Shown: positions 1-10,486, numbered from the stretch's first letter. The stretch is 64,000 bases of DNA from Candidatus Bathyarchaeota archaeon (GCA_963715865.1 OY970280.1:1216001-1280000), one strand, 5' to 3'. Numbers and translations: made by a program. The notes: generated by a model from the letters alone, not told the origin.

Positions 1-163
1 GCAATGGAGAAAGAGCTTAACAAGTAACCGCAGGATAAAAAGAAGAATGCAGAATAATTACTTAAGAGGCGCTTTCCCAAAAGAAGATAACAGACTTCTT
101 CAGGGCTTAAGTTTGACGGCAAATTTTAAAAAAGCAACCCCTTATACTCTGACCTGACGCCAA

Positions 164-1795
164 ATGTTAAACTCTGCAGTCAAACGGTTCATCTTGCCCT
201 TTTCACCAGAGAAACGCAGAGAACCGTTCAGCTCCGAAGCTGAAGCAGCCACTGTTTATGCGCTTGCAGAGCTTGAAAGAACAAAAGGCGGCGGCTTAAT
301 CGTAAAGCAGCCTGAAGAAAAACTCCTATTCATAGCGAAAACAGGTTATCCAGTGTGGCTGTTTCCCAAGAGCGAAACCACGTACATCTTCGACGGCTTA
401 AACAATTCCAGCTATACCGTGCCCTACGTTGAATTGCCCACTGCAAAAGCATTCATCGAGAGCTTGGAGAGAAACTCGAAGACGCGTGAAAATTATATGA
501 CTTTCCTATCTGACCATAACAGCTACTTTCAGCAGTCCAAGAAAGAGAAAGGATTCTCGCTGAGGGGCTTAATCGCTGACTTGGATTTTAAAAAAGAGTT
601 CAGCGTTTACCGCAAAGAAGCCATGGAAGTAACAGGTCAGCTTGCAAATTTAGCCCTACTTTCTCCAACGCTGGAAGAGACAACGATTTCTTCTATGTTA
701 GCTGAAATGGATAAGTTACAATCGTTCCTCAAGGAAGACGCTAAGAGGCTTCCAGAATGCCTAAAACTTGTAAACAAGGCTACCAGCCAATACATAACGG
801 AACTGGATTATGCAGCAGAAGCTGTGAAAGACGAGGCGAAGGCTAAAATCAGAGCTCAAGAAGAACTTGTAAACCCCCAAGTCGCCAAGTTAAACAGCGA
901 ATATAAACGGCGAATAGCTGATTTAACCAGAAGCTTTGACGAAGAACTCGAAAGTCTCGAAAAACTAAAAGCAAAAACAAAAAAATTCATGGAAAACGAT
1001 GAAGAAAAAATCAGACTTTACCAAAGGGAAGCGAAAGCTCAAGCATCAAAGAAACATGTAATCTATGAAAAGAGATGGAAAGAAAAAAGCAGTCAAACTA
1101 AAAAAGAACTCGATGGACTAAAAAAAGAACTAAAACGCATAGAAAAAAGCATTAAAAATCTAAAAAAGCAAAAGACCGCGGAAACATACAAGTTACAGTC
1201 TAAACTTGAAGCTGAAATTAAGTTAGCTCGTCAGCCCTTGCTTGAACTTGAAGTTGTCCGTGACGCTAAAATGCTTGCCTTTAGGCAGGAAACTGAGAAG
1301 CTGATTAAACAGGAAAAGCCCGTAATCGATGGACTTAATGGCACCATTAAACTGCGAGAAGCAATCAACGCTAGGTTTGAAATGCTAGGCATTAGAGACC
1401 AACAGTTGAAGAGTCCAGCGTTGTTTTATGTACCCTTCTACGTGGCTTGCTATCAAGCAGGATACGCGAAACGTTACATTTTTCTTGCTCCATCGATGAT
1501 AAGCGCCATCGGTTTCGCTGCCAAACTTAAGGGTGTATTAGGCATGTCAAAAATTAAAGAACTGTTTATTCCACGGTTCCAAGCAATAACAGCCTTAATT
1601 GACAAAGTCCAAGTGCTTGCTAAACAAGACACCTTGTTGGATAACCAAATTAGAGATTTGGGTGAAAAAAACAATCTCTTGAACACAGATTTGGCTCGTG
1701 ACAATATAGCTAAAGGCTTAGTTTACCTAAAACACGAAGGATGGCTTTCAGATAAAGAGTATCAGGTTTTAAGCAGTAGCTTGGCATATGCTTAG
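164..1795 (+). CDS. Uncharacterised protein with long central coiled coil
   Basis: 543-aa ORF; E/K-rich heptad-like region (about aa 190-400) between globular-looking termini; no catalytic motif recognised. Confidence 0.85.
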   Translation: MLNSAVKRFILPFSPEKRREPFSSEAEAATVYALAELERTKGGGLIVKQPEEKLLFIAKTGYPVWLFPKSETTYIFDGLNNSSYTVPYVELPTAKAFIESLERNSKTRENYMTFLSDHNSYFQQSKKEKGFSLRGLIADLDFKKEFSVYRKEAMEVTGQLANLALLSPTLEETTISSMLAEMDKLQSFLKEDAKRLPECLKLVNKATSQYITELDYAAEAVKDEAKAKIRAQEELVNPQVAKLNSEYKRRIADLTRSFDEELESLEKLKAKTKKFMENDEEKIRLYQREAKAQASKKHVIYEKRWKEKSSQTKKELDGLKKELKRIEKSIKNLKKQKTAETYKLQSKLEAEIKLARQPLLELEVVRDAKMLAFRQETEKLIKQEKPVIDGLNGTIKLREAINARFEMLGIRDQQLKSPALFYVPFYVACYQAGYAKRYIFLAPSMISAIGFAAKLKGVLGMSKIKELFIPRFQAITALIDKVQVLAKQDTLLDNQIRDLGEKNNLLNTDLARDNIAKGLVYLKHEGWLSDKEYQVLSSSLAYA

Positions 1796-1902
1796 TGTAA
1801 ATTTGCTTTTTGGTTGATTCAAAAAACTTATTGCGTTCCTCACGTCTGATACTAATAAGTTAGCTGCACTGTTTAGTGCACGACGAAAAACAGTGATAAA
1901 TA

Positions 1903-2598
1903 ATGGCTGAAAGTAACGATTACATATTGAAAGTTTCAAATTTAACCGTGAAACTACAAAATCAAGTTATACTGGATAACATTAGCTTTAATGTTAAGAA
2001 AGGAACAACCTTAGCCATTCTTGGACCAAACGGCGCAGGAAAAACAGTCCTTTTCAGGACGTTACTTAATCTTGTTCCACACACAGGCTCAATCGAGTGG
2101 GCGGAAAAAGTAAAAATTGGCTATGTCCCCCAATACGTCACCGTTTCGGACGTTCCTATTTCAGTAAAAGAGTTTTTATCAATGGGAAATGCAGTCGACT
2201 TTGAGAATTCATTAAGCATGGTGAAGTTAAAGGATAAGAATATTTTAAACAAGCGATTAGGTGTCCTCTCCGGCGGACAATTGAGGCGAATTTTGATTGC
2301 CTGGGCGTTGAATGATAGCCCCAATGTGCTGTTCTTGGATGAGCCAACAAGCGGCGTTGACATGGATAGTGAAGAACCAATATACCTCATGCTTAACGAA
2401 ATCAAAAAGACACAAAAAATAACTATTTTCCTGATAACCCATAACATTCATATTGTACAGGAATACGCAGACGATTTAATCGCATTAAACAAATGTGTTA
2501 CCTTCTGTGGACCATCAGAAGAAATAGCAAGGCCAGAGACTCAGAGGCTGATTTATGGTGAGACAGTCTGCGTCGAAACTATAAGAGGAGAAACGTAA
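1903..2598 (+). CDS. Metal (Zn/Mn-type) ABC transporter ATP-binding protein, ZnuC-like
   Basis: Walker A GPNGAGKT, signature LSGGQ, Walker B LFLDEP, H-loop LITHN; GYVPQ motif. Confidence 0.9.
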   Translation: MAESNDYILKVSNLTVKLQNQVILDNISFNVKKGTTLAILGPNGAGKTVLFRTLLNLVPHTGSIEWAEKVKIGYVPQYVTVSDVPISVKEFLSMGNAVDFENSLSMVKLKDKNILNKRLGVLSGGQLRRILIAWALNDSPNVLFLDEPTSGVDMDSEEPIYLMLNEIKKTQKITIFLITHNIHIVQEYADDLIALNKCVTFCGPSEEIARPETQRLIYGETVCVETIRGET

Positions 2599-2602
2599 GA
2601 TT

Positions 2603-3400
2603 ATGCTTGATACTTTTTTTTATAGTATAGTTTTATCGATTTTTGTTGGGGTTGCCACAGGATACTTAGGCTCATTAATGGTTTTAGAGAAAATGGCTCT
2701 GGTTGGTGATGCTTTATCGCATGTCGCTTTGCCTGGATTGGCTATCGGAATTACCTTCCATTTTAACCCGTTTTTAGGTGCTTTTGCCTTTTTGTTTGTG
2801 TCAGCAGCTGTAATTTGGCATATTCAGAGAGTAACAAAGATTTCTTTTGAGGCGCTGGTTGGAGCAATGTTCACTCTTGCATTAGCAATAGGCATACTGC
2901 TCTATGGGAATAATTTGGATGCACTTGAAGCCGCACTTTTCGGTGATATTTCTCAAGTAACAATGGTTAGCACCTTAGTAGCAGCCTCAGTCTGTGTTAT
3001 AGCGATAATCCTCACAAAAATTATTTACGATAAGTTGGTTTTGGCGATGATTTCTGAAGATCTTGCAATTTCAAAAGGTATCAACGTTGCAAGAACAAAC
3101 TTGCTATATCTTTTTCTCGTTTCCGTCGTTGTGGCCATTGGCATTCAGATAGTTGGAACATTACTAGTTGGTTTTCTTGTTATTGTGCCTGCAATAGCAG
3201 CTAAGAATTTAAGCACTCATATGCGAAGATATTCTTTGTTTAGCTCAATTTTTGGTGCTGCCGCTGGGTTTTCAGGGGTTCTTTTATGGAGCGTTTTTAA
3301 CTTTGGTATTCCTTTTCCCGGACCGATGGTTGTTTTCTCAGGCATCGTAATCTTTGCTATAACTATAGTAATCAATTGGAGACTAAAAATAACAACCTAA
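2603..3400 (+). CDS. Metal ABC transporter permease, ZnuB/ABC-3 family
   Basis: Motif MALVGDALSHVALPGLAIG, LFGDI, multiple TM helices; directly follows the ATPase. Confidence 0.9.
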   Translation: MLDTFFYSIVLSIFVGVATGYLGSLMVLEKMALVGDALSHVALPGLAIGITFHFNPFLGAFAFLFVSAAVIWHIQRVTKISFEALVGAMFTLALAIGILLYGNNLDALEAALFGDISQVTMVSTLVAASVCVIAIILTKIIYDKLVLAMISEDLAISKGINVARTNLLYLFLVSVVVAIGIQIVGTLLVGFLVIVPAIAAKNLSTHMRRYSLFSSIFGAAAGFSGVLLWSVFNFGIPFPGPMVVFSGIVIFAITIVINWRLKITT

Positions 3401-3411
3401 GGTTGACTGCC

Positions 3412-3834
3412 ATGAAGAAGTATACAGGTAAAACCTCAACTGCCATAATACCGTTTACGACGGATCGGATTTTACTTGTTAAAAGAAACACTGTTCCCTT
3501 CAAGGGTTATTGGGCTTTGCCTGGCGGCAGAATGGACCCAGGCGAAACAGTTGAGCAAACCATCGTTCGCGAGGTGAAAGAGGAAACAGGTCTTGACGTA
3601 ACAGTGGTTCGCAAAATAGGCGAATACATCGAGAAAGGAGTAAAAGATGAAGTGGAATACGAGTATTACCCTACATGTTTCCTTGTTAAAACCGTCGGCG
3701 GAGAAATCAAAAAGCAAGAAAGCGAAATCCAAGAAATCCAAATCTTCAGCCTAAAAGAACTGCCGCAACCGCTGGCGTTTGAACACGACAAGATGATTAA
3801 AGATTATTTAAGCAGTAAAAATAAGGAACGTTAG
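3412..3834 (+). CDS. NUDIX hydrolase
   Basis: Nudix box GGRMDPGETVEQTIVREVKEETGL; ATG at 3412 preferred over TTG at 3376. Confidence 0.9.
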   Translation: MKKYTGKTSTAIIPFTTDRILLVKRNTVPFKGYWALPGGRMDPGETVEQTIVREVKEETGLDVTVVRKIGEYIEKGVKDEVEYEYYPTCFLVKTVGGEIKKQESEIQEIQIFSLKELPQPLAFEHDKMIKDYLSSKNKER

Positions 3835-3885
3835 ACCGCAAACGTTGAATGATTGAATCGCGAGAGCTTACTTTCTTGATTATAG

Positions 3886-4293
3886 TTACTGCTTTTCCAA
3901 TACCTTCCTTACTTCACTAAGAACGTCTGAGAAATCGGCTTCTTTATCTGGCTTCATCCCTTTTTTAGAAACACTCAATATGGATTTATAGCCTTTGCTG
4001 GCTAACTGCTTTTCCAAAATCTTAAAAGTACTGCCCTTCCAAAAAGCGCAAGTGCAAAACAGGATTGCTTTTTTGCCTTCTTTCTTAGGCATAGTTTCTA
4101 TGAAAGCTAAAGTTTCCTTTGCAGGTCTGGAGCCCTCAACAGGCGTGCCTAGGATTAAGAGGTCAAAGTTTTCGATGGCTGATGGCTCAGTTGACGCTAT
4201 GTTGAAAATGGCTGCTTTTACTGTGTCAGCTATTGCTTCTGCTAGGCGCTTGGTATTTCCTGTTCTTGAAAAGTATAATACGCAAGCGTTCAT
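3886..4293 (-). CDS. Flavodoxin-like protein
   Basis: FMN-binding loop YFSRTGNTKRLA, LILGTPV. Confidence 0.85.
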   Translation of the reverse strand: MNACVLYFSRTGNTKRLAEAIADTVKAAIFNIASTEPSAIENFDLLILGTPVEGSRPAKETLAFIETMPKKEGKKAILFCTCAFWKGSTFKILEKQLASKGYKSILSVSKKGMKPDKEADFSDVLSEVRKVLEKQ

Positions 4294-4391
4294 GGTTTTT
4301 AGATAGCGATTGCTCGGTTTATATGATCTTCTATTAAGCTATGGTGTTAATTTTAATAGTTCTGCAATCAGTATTTCTTTGAGCGAAAATT

Positions 4392-6164
4392 ATGGATTAC
4401 GCCATTATCGCTGATGAGTACGAAAAAATTGAGGCCACCACTAAACGGTTAGAAATGACCGACCTGCTAGTTGGCTTACTAAAAAATACTCCTGTAAACG
4501 TGATTTCAAAGGTTGTTTACTTAACGCAAGGCAAACTATACCCCGACTTCATGGGCGTAGAGATGGGCATTGCAGAAAAACTTGCCATAAAAGCCTTAGC
4601 CCGTGCTTCAGGACAGAGAGAAAGTGAAATTCAATCAGACCTGCAGAAGAGCGGAGACATCGGCGAAACCTCAGGGAAATTTTTAGCAAAACGCAAACAG
4701 TCAACTTTCTTTACAAAAAAGCTTACGGTGGAGCATGTTTACGAGACGCTTGACAAAATGGCTAAAACTTCAGGTTCAGGCGCGGTTGAGTCGAAAATGG
4801 CGCTTTTAGCTGGACTTTTGTCTGATGCCTCGCCGAAAGAGGCAAAATGGATAATCCGAACGGTAACTGGTAACCTTCGCTTAGGCATAGCGGACATGAC
4901 GATGCTTGATGCGTTGGCAATAGCCTACGGCGGCGGAAAGGAAGCTCGCGAACTCATTGAGCGAGCGTATAACATTTCTTCTGACCTTGGCAGAGTTGCA
5001 AGCGAAGTAGCCGAGAAAGGTTTGGACGGACTCAAAAAGTTTCAAGTTATGGTTTTTGAACCCATAAGACCCATGCTGGCAGAGCGGTTGGCTTCGCCTG
5101 AAGAGATTTTGGAGAAACTAGGCGGCAAATGTGTAGCTGAATACAAGTATGATGGCGAGCGGGTGCAAGCGCACAAGAAAGAAGGCAAAGTGATGTTGTT
5201 TTCTAGGCGTTTAGAGAACATTTCTGACCAGTATCCAGACGCGGTTGAATTAATCAAAGAAAAAATAGCTGCAAAAGAAGCCATTTTAGAAGCTGAATGT
5301 GTCGCGATTGATTTAGAAACAGGTGATATGCGCCCATTTCAAGAGCTAATGCATCGAAGACGCAAGTACGGTGTTGAAGCAGCTATAGAACAATATCCTA
5401 TTTCACTATTCGCGTTTGAAGCGCTTTACGTTGACGGCAAAGACTTAACCCTTGAACCTTTCCCTCAAAGGCGCAAAGCACTGGAAAAAATCGTGAAAGA
5501 AAGCGACCGCATAAAACCCGCCATTCAAAAACTAGTCAAGAACTCAAAAGAGCTTGAGGATTTCTTTGAGGAAGCCATAGAGAAGGGCTGCGAAGGGTTA
5601 ATGTGCAAATCCGTCGGGAAAGACTCAGTTTACCAAGCGGGAAGCCGCGGTTGGCTCTGGATAAAATACAAGCGCGACTACAAAAGCGAAATGACCGACA
5701 CAGTAGACCTTGTGGTGGTTGGTGCTTTTCACGGCAGAGGAAAACGGGTGGGAACGTACGGTGCTTTGCTTTTGGCTACCTATGACGATGAAGCGGACAC
5801 TTTTGAAACCGTAACCAAATGCGGCACGGGCTTCACAGACAAAGACCTTAAAACGCTTCACGAAACGCTTCAGAAGCATGTAATTCCCCGCAAGAACTCC
5901 CGTGTCCAGTCAACGTTGGAGGCGGATGTCTGGTTTGAACCCAATTTGGTGCTTGAGATTTTAGGTGCCGAAATCACTTTAAGCCCTATTCACACGTGCG
6001 CTATGGATTCAATACGCAAGGGAAGTGGTTTGGCGATTCGTTTTCCACGTTTCACCGGTAAATACCGAACTGACAAGAGCCCTGAAGACGCGACTACTTC
6101 AAAGGAGATTGTGGAGATGTATCGTGGGCAACTAAAGAAAATCAGCGAACCTCCACAAGCATAG
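4392..6164 (+). CDS. lig: ATP-dependent DNA ligase
   Basis: Motif I EYKYDGER, EGLMCK, WIKYK, RFPRF. Confidence 0.97.
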   Translation: MDYAIIADEYEKIEATTKRLEMTDLLVGLLKNTPVNVISKVVYLTQGKLYPDFMGVEMGIAEKLAIKALARASGQRESEIQSDLQKSGDIGETSGKFLAKRKQSTFFTKKLTVEHVYETLDKMAKTSGSGAVESKMALLAGLLSDASPKEAKWIIRTVTGNLRLGIADMTMLDALAIAYGGGKEARELIERAYNISSDLGRVASEVAEKGLDGLKKFQVMVFEPIRPMLAERLASPEEILEKLGGKCVAEYKYDGERVQAHKKEGKVMLFSRRLENISDQYPDAVELIKEKIAAKEAILEAECVAIDLETGDMRPFQELMHRRRKYGVEAAIEQYPISLFAFEALYVDGKDLTLEPFPQRRKALEKIVKESDRIKPAIQKLVKNSKELEDFFEEAIEKGCEGLMCKSVGKDSVYQAGSRGWLWIKYKRDYKSEMTDTVDLVVVGAFHGRGKRVGTYGALLLATYDDEADTFETVTKCGTGFTDKDLKTLHETLQKHVIPRKNSRVQSTLEADVWFEPNLVLEILGAEITLSPIHTCAMDSIRKGSGLAIRFPRFTGKYRTDKSPEDATTSKEIVEMYRGQLKKISEPPQA

Positions 6165-6220
6165 AAAAGCTAAAACTGATAAGCATCAACCGCTAAAATA
6201 CTGCATGTGCGTGTACTGCC

Positions 6221-6829
6221 TTGGCTCAAGACACAGAAAAAATGAAATCACTCATCGCATTCAAAAAGCGGCTTGAAGAACAACTTGAAAAATTAACGGC
6301 TGAAACTAAAGAGGCTGAGGCTGCCTTGGATACGGTTAATTCTATTTTGCTTGATAAAGGCTTCAGGCGTGGGGACATCAAAGAAGCTCCTGAAGCTCCT
6401 GTACCTGTAGAGGTTATTTTGCCAAAACAAGAGCCTGAAGCGCCAAAGCCTGCTGTACAACATATGCCTGAACCGGAAAGCGTTATACCGTTGAAAACTA
6501 TGACGGATGAACCTTTGGCACTGATTTATTTTGATAAGCAGGCTATGCACGTGTTGCCTGATGAAAGCAAAAATTTCAGTGTTAACACGCCGCCTTTCGG
6601 CAATTTTCTTGTTGAAAGAGTCTTCGCTAAAATGCAGGAAAAAGACAGCGAACTAGTCAGGTTGGGGCAGTTAACAGCGGATAAGATATTCTCTTATAAC
6701 ATTGTGCGCGAAGGCGATTTGATAAGGGAAATAATAATTAGAAACGTTGATGATGAACGGTTGAAAGAGCTTAAGTCGAGCATTCGCTGGACTTTTGATA
6801 AAATGTATGAAAAAATGAAAAGTTCCTAA
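6221..6829 (+). CDS. Uncharacterised protein (N-terminal coiled coil, Pro-rich linker, C-terminal domain)
   Basis: 202-aa ORF, TTG start, co-oriented directly after lig. Confidence 0.8.
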   Translation: MAQDTEKMKSLIAFKKRLEEQLEKLTAETKEAEAALDTVNSILLDKGFRRGDIKEAPEAPVPVEVILPKQEPEAPKPAVQHMPEPESVIPLKTMTDEPLALIYFDKQAMHVLPDESKNFSVNTPPFGNFLVERVFAKMQEKDSELVRLGQLTADKIFSYNIVREGDLIREIIIRNVDDERLKELKSSIRWTFDKMYEKMKSS

Positions 6830-6831
6830 GG

Positions 6832-7179
6832 CTACTCTGAATGTTTCTTTATCGTGTCAGCTATTCTGCTTTTTGGGCATAAACCCACGAGTCTTTCGGT
6901 TTCCGCTCCGTTTTTGAAAATTATCATTGTCGGTATGCTGAAAACTTGGAAACGCTCAGCCGTAACTGGGTTCTCGTCAACGTCAAGTTTGCCGATTAAG
7001 GCTTTCCCGCTGTACTCTTTTGCTAATTCCTGGATTGTTGGAGCTAAGGCTCTGCACGGACCACACCAGTTAGCCCAGAAATCAACAAAAACTAGCTTGT
7101 TTTTCTTGATTGTTTCTTCAAAATTTGCATCGGTTACATGAAAAGGTTCAGTGCTCATTTGTTTTGACTCCTTTTTCAT
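6832..7179 (-). CDS. trxA: Thioredoxin
   Basis: VDFWANWCGPC, cis-Pro motif SIPT. Confidence 0.95.
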   Translation of the reverse strand: MKKESKQMSTEPFHVTDANFEETIKKNKLVFVDFWANWCGPCRALAPTIQELAKEYSGKALIGKLDVDENPVTAERFQVFSIPTMIIFKNGAETERLVGLCPKSRIADTIKKHSE

Positions 7180-7317
7180 AGAGTATTTTAAAGTTTGTTT
7201 GATATAAAGGCTCTTGAATGCTTAAGCGCGTTTGCCTCCTATTTTGTACTAAAACCAAAAAAGCGATAAATCAAGCAGTATTACTACTTCACGCGGTAAA
7301 TAGTTGCCTCAAAAAAA

Positions 7318-8466
7318 TTGAAGGAAAATCAAGCGGTGAAATTAAACTTAAAAGAGCAAATCCAAAAGATTCCTCACTCAGTAAAGTTAGCTATTCTCAT
7401 AGTTTTAGCTGCTAAAATTTTGGTCTTAGCCGTCGGCTTCATCACCACATACTTAAACACTGGTCCCCACCCACCGCTGTCAATAGTTATGGACATGTTC
7501 AACAAGTGGGATGCCCCACACTACGTTGACATCGCTAAGAACTGGTATGTCAACACAGGCGACGCAGCGAATTTCATCGTGTTTTTCCCCTTGTACCCCA
7601 TTCTGATTCGCCTCTTTACGGTTGACTTTAATTATGCTACGCTGTCTGCGTTAATAATTTCAAATGTTTGCAGCCTAATTGGCTTCTTCTACCTATACAA
7701 GCTAGCCAAACTAGAATTCAACGATGGTGTAGCTGTGAAAGCGGTGCTTTTCCTCAGTGTTTTCCCCACCGCATACTTTCTCTCAGCCCCTTACACCGAG
7801 GGGCTCTTCTTTGCCTTAGTTATCGCCAGCATGTATTGCGCACGATTAGGGAGATGGGAGTTTGCAGGTTTAACCAGTTTATTTGCCGCGTTAACAAGGT
7901 TTGCTGGATTGTCTCTTATGCCTGTGCTTTTGGTTGAGTATTTTCATCAGAGAGGTTGGAAACCAAAGAAATTAGACCTAAACATTTTATGGGTTTTTTC
8001 AGCTTTGGCAGGGTATCTGATTTACCTCAGCATTAACTATCAGGTGACTGGGAACCCGTTTACATATATGACGATAGAGTCTACACATTGGAGTAACAGG
8101 TTTGACCCCAAGAGTGGTGTAATGGCTACTTATAGTTGGGCAACAACCGCGTCTTACCCAAGCAACATAACTATCGGTGCTGCACAACTAGCCTTCGCTA
8201 TTTTTGGATTGATGATTCTTGGTGTTAGCGTTTGGAAGCGCTTGCGCCCAGCGTACATTTTGTACATGTTTCTTATTTGGGCGCTGAGTGTTTCAGAGTC
8301 ATGGTGGCTAAGCGTGCCTCGCTATATTATGACAATGTTTCCAATGTTCATGCTTTTTGGCTTACTTGCACGTAGAAAATCGGTAACAATTGCGGTTGCC
8401 GTTGTATCTTTAGCGCTTCTATGTTATTTCACGGTATTCTTTGCGAGAGGATGGTTTGCTTTCTAA
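7318..8466 (+). CDS. GT-C membrane glycosyltransferase, PIG-V/GPI-mannosyltransferase-2-like
   Basis: WDAPHYVDIA, FFPLYPILIR, APYTEGLF, PRY motifs; many TM helices. Confidence 0.8.
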   Translation: MKENQAVKLNLKEQIQKIPHSVKLAILIVLAAKILVLAVGFITTYLNTGPHPPLSIVMDMFNKWDAPHYVDIAKNWYVNTGDAANFIVFFPLYPILIRLFTVDFNYATLSALIISNVCSLIGFFYLYKLAKLEFNDGVAVKAVLFLSVFPTAYFLSAPYTEGLFFALVIASMYCARLGRWEFAGLTSLFAALTRFAGLSLMPVLLVEYFHQRGWKPKKLDLNILWVFSALAGYLIYLSINYQVTGNPFTYMTIESTHWSNRFDPKSGVMATYSWATTASYPSNITIGAAQLAFAIFGLMILGVSVWKRLRPAYILYMFLIWALSVSESWWLSVPRYIMTMFPMFMLFGLLARRKSVTIAVAVVSLALLCYFTVFFARGWFAF

Positions 8467-8470
8467 AAAT

Positions 8471-8902
8471 CTATTTACAATGCTTCATTTTCTCCAACAA
8501 AGCCTTGAATACGGCATAAGAATCCTTTGGGTCAGAAATGCCCGCGGCAGCCTTCTCGAAGGGACACGTATCAGTCTTGTTTAAGTCAAGAACATTGTCC
8601 ACCAACTGCTTCCATTCGCAGGGCACCTTGTTCTCTTCAAACACTGCTTTGGCTTTCCTGCTTAAAACTTCAGCGTAAACTTCATGTATTCCAGCGTAAA
8701 CGCATAGTAGCGCTAATGCTTTGCCAGCCACTCGATCAGCCACCGAGGCACCGTTTAAATCAGTGTCGAATTTTTCTATGGCGCCTATAAAACCAGAGAT
8801 TCTGTGCGAGTCCGTTTGGAAGAATACTTGCCCGTTTTTCACTATAACAAGCGTTAGCTGCTTATCATAGAGTTGCTTTTTGGCTATTTCGAGGTCTTGC
8901 AT
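8471..8902 (-). CDS. DUF1893 (TM1506-like) protein
   Basis: VADRVAGKALALL and TCPFE motifs typical of the family. Confidence 0.8.
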   Translation of the reverse strand: MQDLEIAKKQLYDKQLTLVIVKNGQVFFQTDSHRISGFIGAIEKFDTDLNGASVADRVAGKALALLCVYAGIHEVYAEVLSRKAKAVFEENKVPCEWKQLVDNVLDLNKTDTCPFEKAAAGISDPKDSYAVFKALLEKMKHCK

Positions 8903-8954
8903 GATTCTTCATTAATTTCAACGCTGGGCTGCTAAAAACACTATTGGTTCTAAA

Positions 8955-9392
8955 CTACTCAAGGGTAATGTTGAAGAGTTGGTTCTCAGGCATTTCGGCG
9001 AGTTCCCAAGCGAACGCTTCGTCTAGTTTATCTTGCTTTAGCTTCTGTTCCAATTGCTCCCTGAAGTGTTGTGTAAGTGTTATTTTTGCTGTTTTTGCAT
9101 TTTTTTCGCTCGTGAAGGTTGCTTGGATGGTTTTTGAGTTTTTGAATTTGAGTCTTTGGTTGCCTATTGTGCAGGTTGTTGAAACCTGTATGCCGTCGAG
9201 CAAGCAGGAAAACGGCGGATGCAACGGCAAAGCAACTTCTGCCCTGAGAAGCGTGCATTCTGCATCGGAGATGTTTAGGGCTTTTTTGGCTGCAGCACCC
9301 ATCTTTAAGCCGATAACCAAGAATGGTCCTACGTGTCCGTGTAGTTTGCGTGCGAATTCGATGAGTGCTGTGAGTTCATTTGGTTCTGGCAT
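8955..9392 (-). CDS. FmdE-family metal-binding protein
   Basis: LHGHVGPFLVIG, SCLLDGIQVSTTCTIGN. Confidence 0.85.
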   Translation of the reverse strand: MPEPNELTALIEFARKLHGHVGPFLVIGLKMGAAAKKALNISDAECTLLRAEVALPLHPPFSCLLDGIQVSTTCTIGNQRLKFKNSKTIQATFTSEKNAKTAKITLTQHFREQLEQKLKQDKLDEAFAWELAEMPENQLFNITLE

Positions 9393-9409
9393 TTCTTTGC
9401 CTCTTTTAG

Positions 9410-10486
9410 CTAAGTTTTTGCGTTTATTGAAGATTGCTGTATCTGGTTAAACGGGACTGTCTTATCAAATTGCTTGTATTGCCAGTAGCCGAAAGAAACC
9501 AGCCAAGACACAACGAAGATGGCCACTATTCCGAAACCTATCATTTCAAAATTGAGCGCGTTAAGCCAGTTCCAGAACAACCCGTTAAGGTTTAATTCAC
9601 TTGAAAGCACCTGTAAAAGCTCCACGGTGCCTATTGCCCATGCAACAAGCACTGATATGACTGTGACTGTCAAGTTGTAGTATATCTTTCGTATGGGGTT
9701 GAGGAAAGCCCAGCCGTAAGCTACTCTCATTGCAACGCCGTCTGCAGTGTCTATTGTGACCATGCCACAGGTAAACAGTAGCGGAAGAATAAGGATATAG
9801 TACAGAGGAATGTTTGTGGAAACGCCGATTCCAACGCTTATGGCAATGAGGGCAACTTCGCTTGCAGTATCGAATCCTAAACCGAATAGCACGCCAACTG
9901 GGTAGATGTGCCAAGGTTTGCTTATGATTTTGAAGAGTGGACGGAAGAAGCGGTTCATGAATCCACGATTTTCGAGCAAATTGTCGAGTTCAGCCTGATT
10001 TAGTTTACCTTGCTTCAGCGTCTGGAAAATCTTGTAAATGCCAATCACGATGACGGCATTAATGAAGCCGATAATCCAAAGAAAGCTTCCTGAGACTAGG
10101 GTCCCGATTACTGCACCTGCACTTTGGAGAGCAGGAATGTTAGTCGCGACAGCCCGTGTTGCCACTATTAAGCCGATGATGAGGGCAACGACGACCGTGG
10201 AATGCCCAAGAGAAAACCACATTCCAACCGTAAATGGACGCTTTCCTTCCTGCATCAGCTTTCTTGTCGTGTTATCGATGGCTGCTATATGATCAGCATC
10301 AACGCCATGACGCAAACCAAAGACATAAGCCACTATTCCAAGACCTGCGAGGACCACTGCGATTTTTCCAATGACGAATGCTGCGGAGAAGCCAAGTGAA
10401 GTGACGGTTAATAGTATTGAGAAAATTATGGCTATCTTGATTTTCTCGTTGCGTGAGAGATTGAGTGCCGAAAGTTTATCCGTCAA
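9410..10486 (-). CDS. NiCoT (HoxN/HupN/NixA) nickel/cobalt permease
   Basis: Signature GLRHGVDADHIAAID, FSLGHST, LFGLGFDTASE. Confidence 0.93.
   Translation of the reverse strand: MTDKLSALNLSRNEKIKIAIIFSILLTVTSLGFSAAFVIGKIAVVLAGLGIVAYVFGLRHGVDADHIAAIDNTTRKLMQEGKRPFTVGMWFSLGHSTVVVALIIGLIVATRAVATNIPALQSAGAVIGTLVSGSFLWIIGFINAVIVIGIYKIFQTLKQGKLNQAELDNLLENRGFMNRFFRPLFKIISKPWHIYPVGVLFGLGFDTASEVALIAISVGIGVSTNIPLYYILILPLLFTCGMVTIDTADGVAMRVAYGWAFLNPIRKIYYNLTVTVISVLVAWAIGTVELLQVLSSELNLNGLFWNWLNALNFEMIGFGIVAIFVVSWLVSFGYWQYKQFDKTVPFNQIQQSSINAKT

Noticed and set aside
1-27. 3' end of an upstream gene (...MEKELNK*)
   Set aside because: Too short to identify.
3845-3885. ATGATTGA...CTTGA as a C/D box sRNA
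   Set aside because: Boxes are imperfect, there is no clear C'/D' pair, and no target could be identified.
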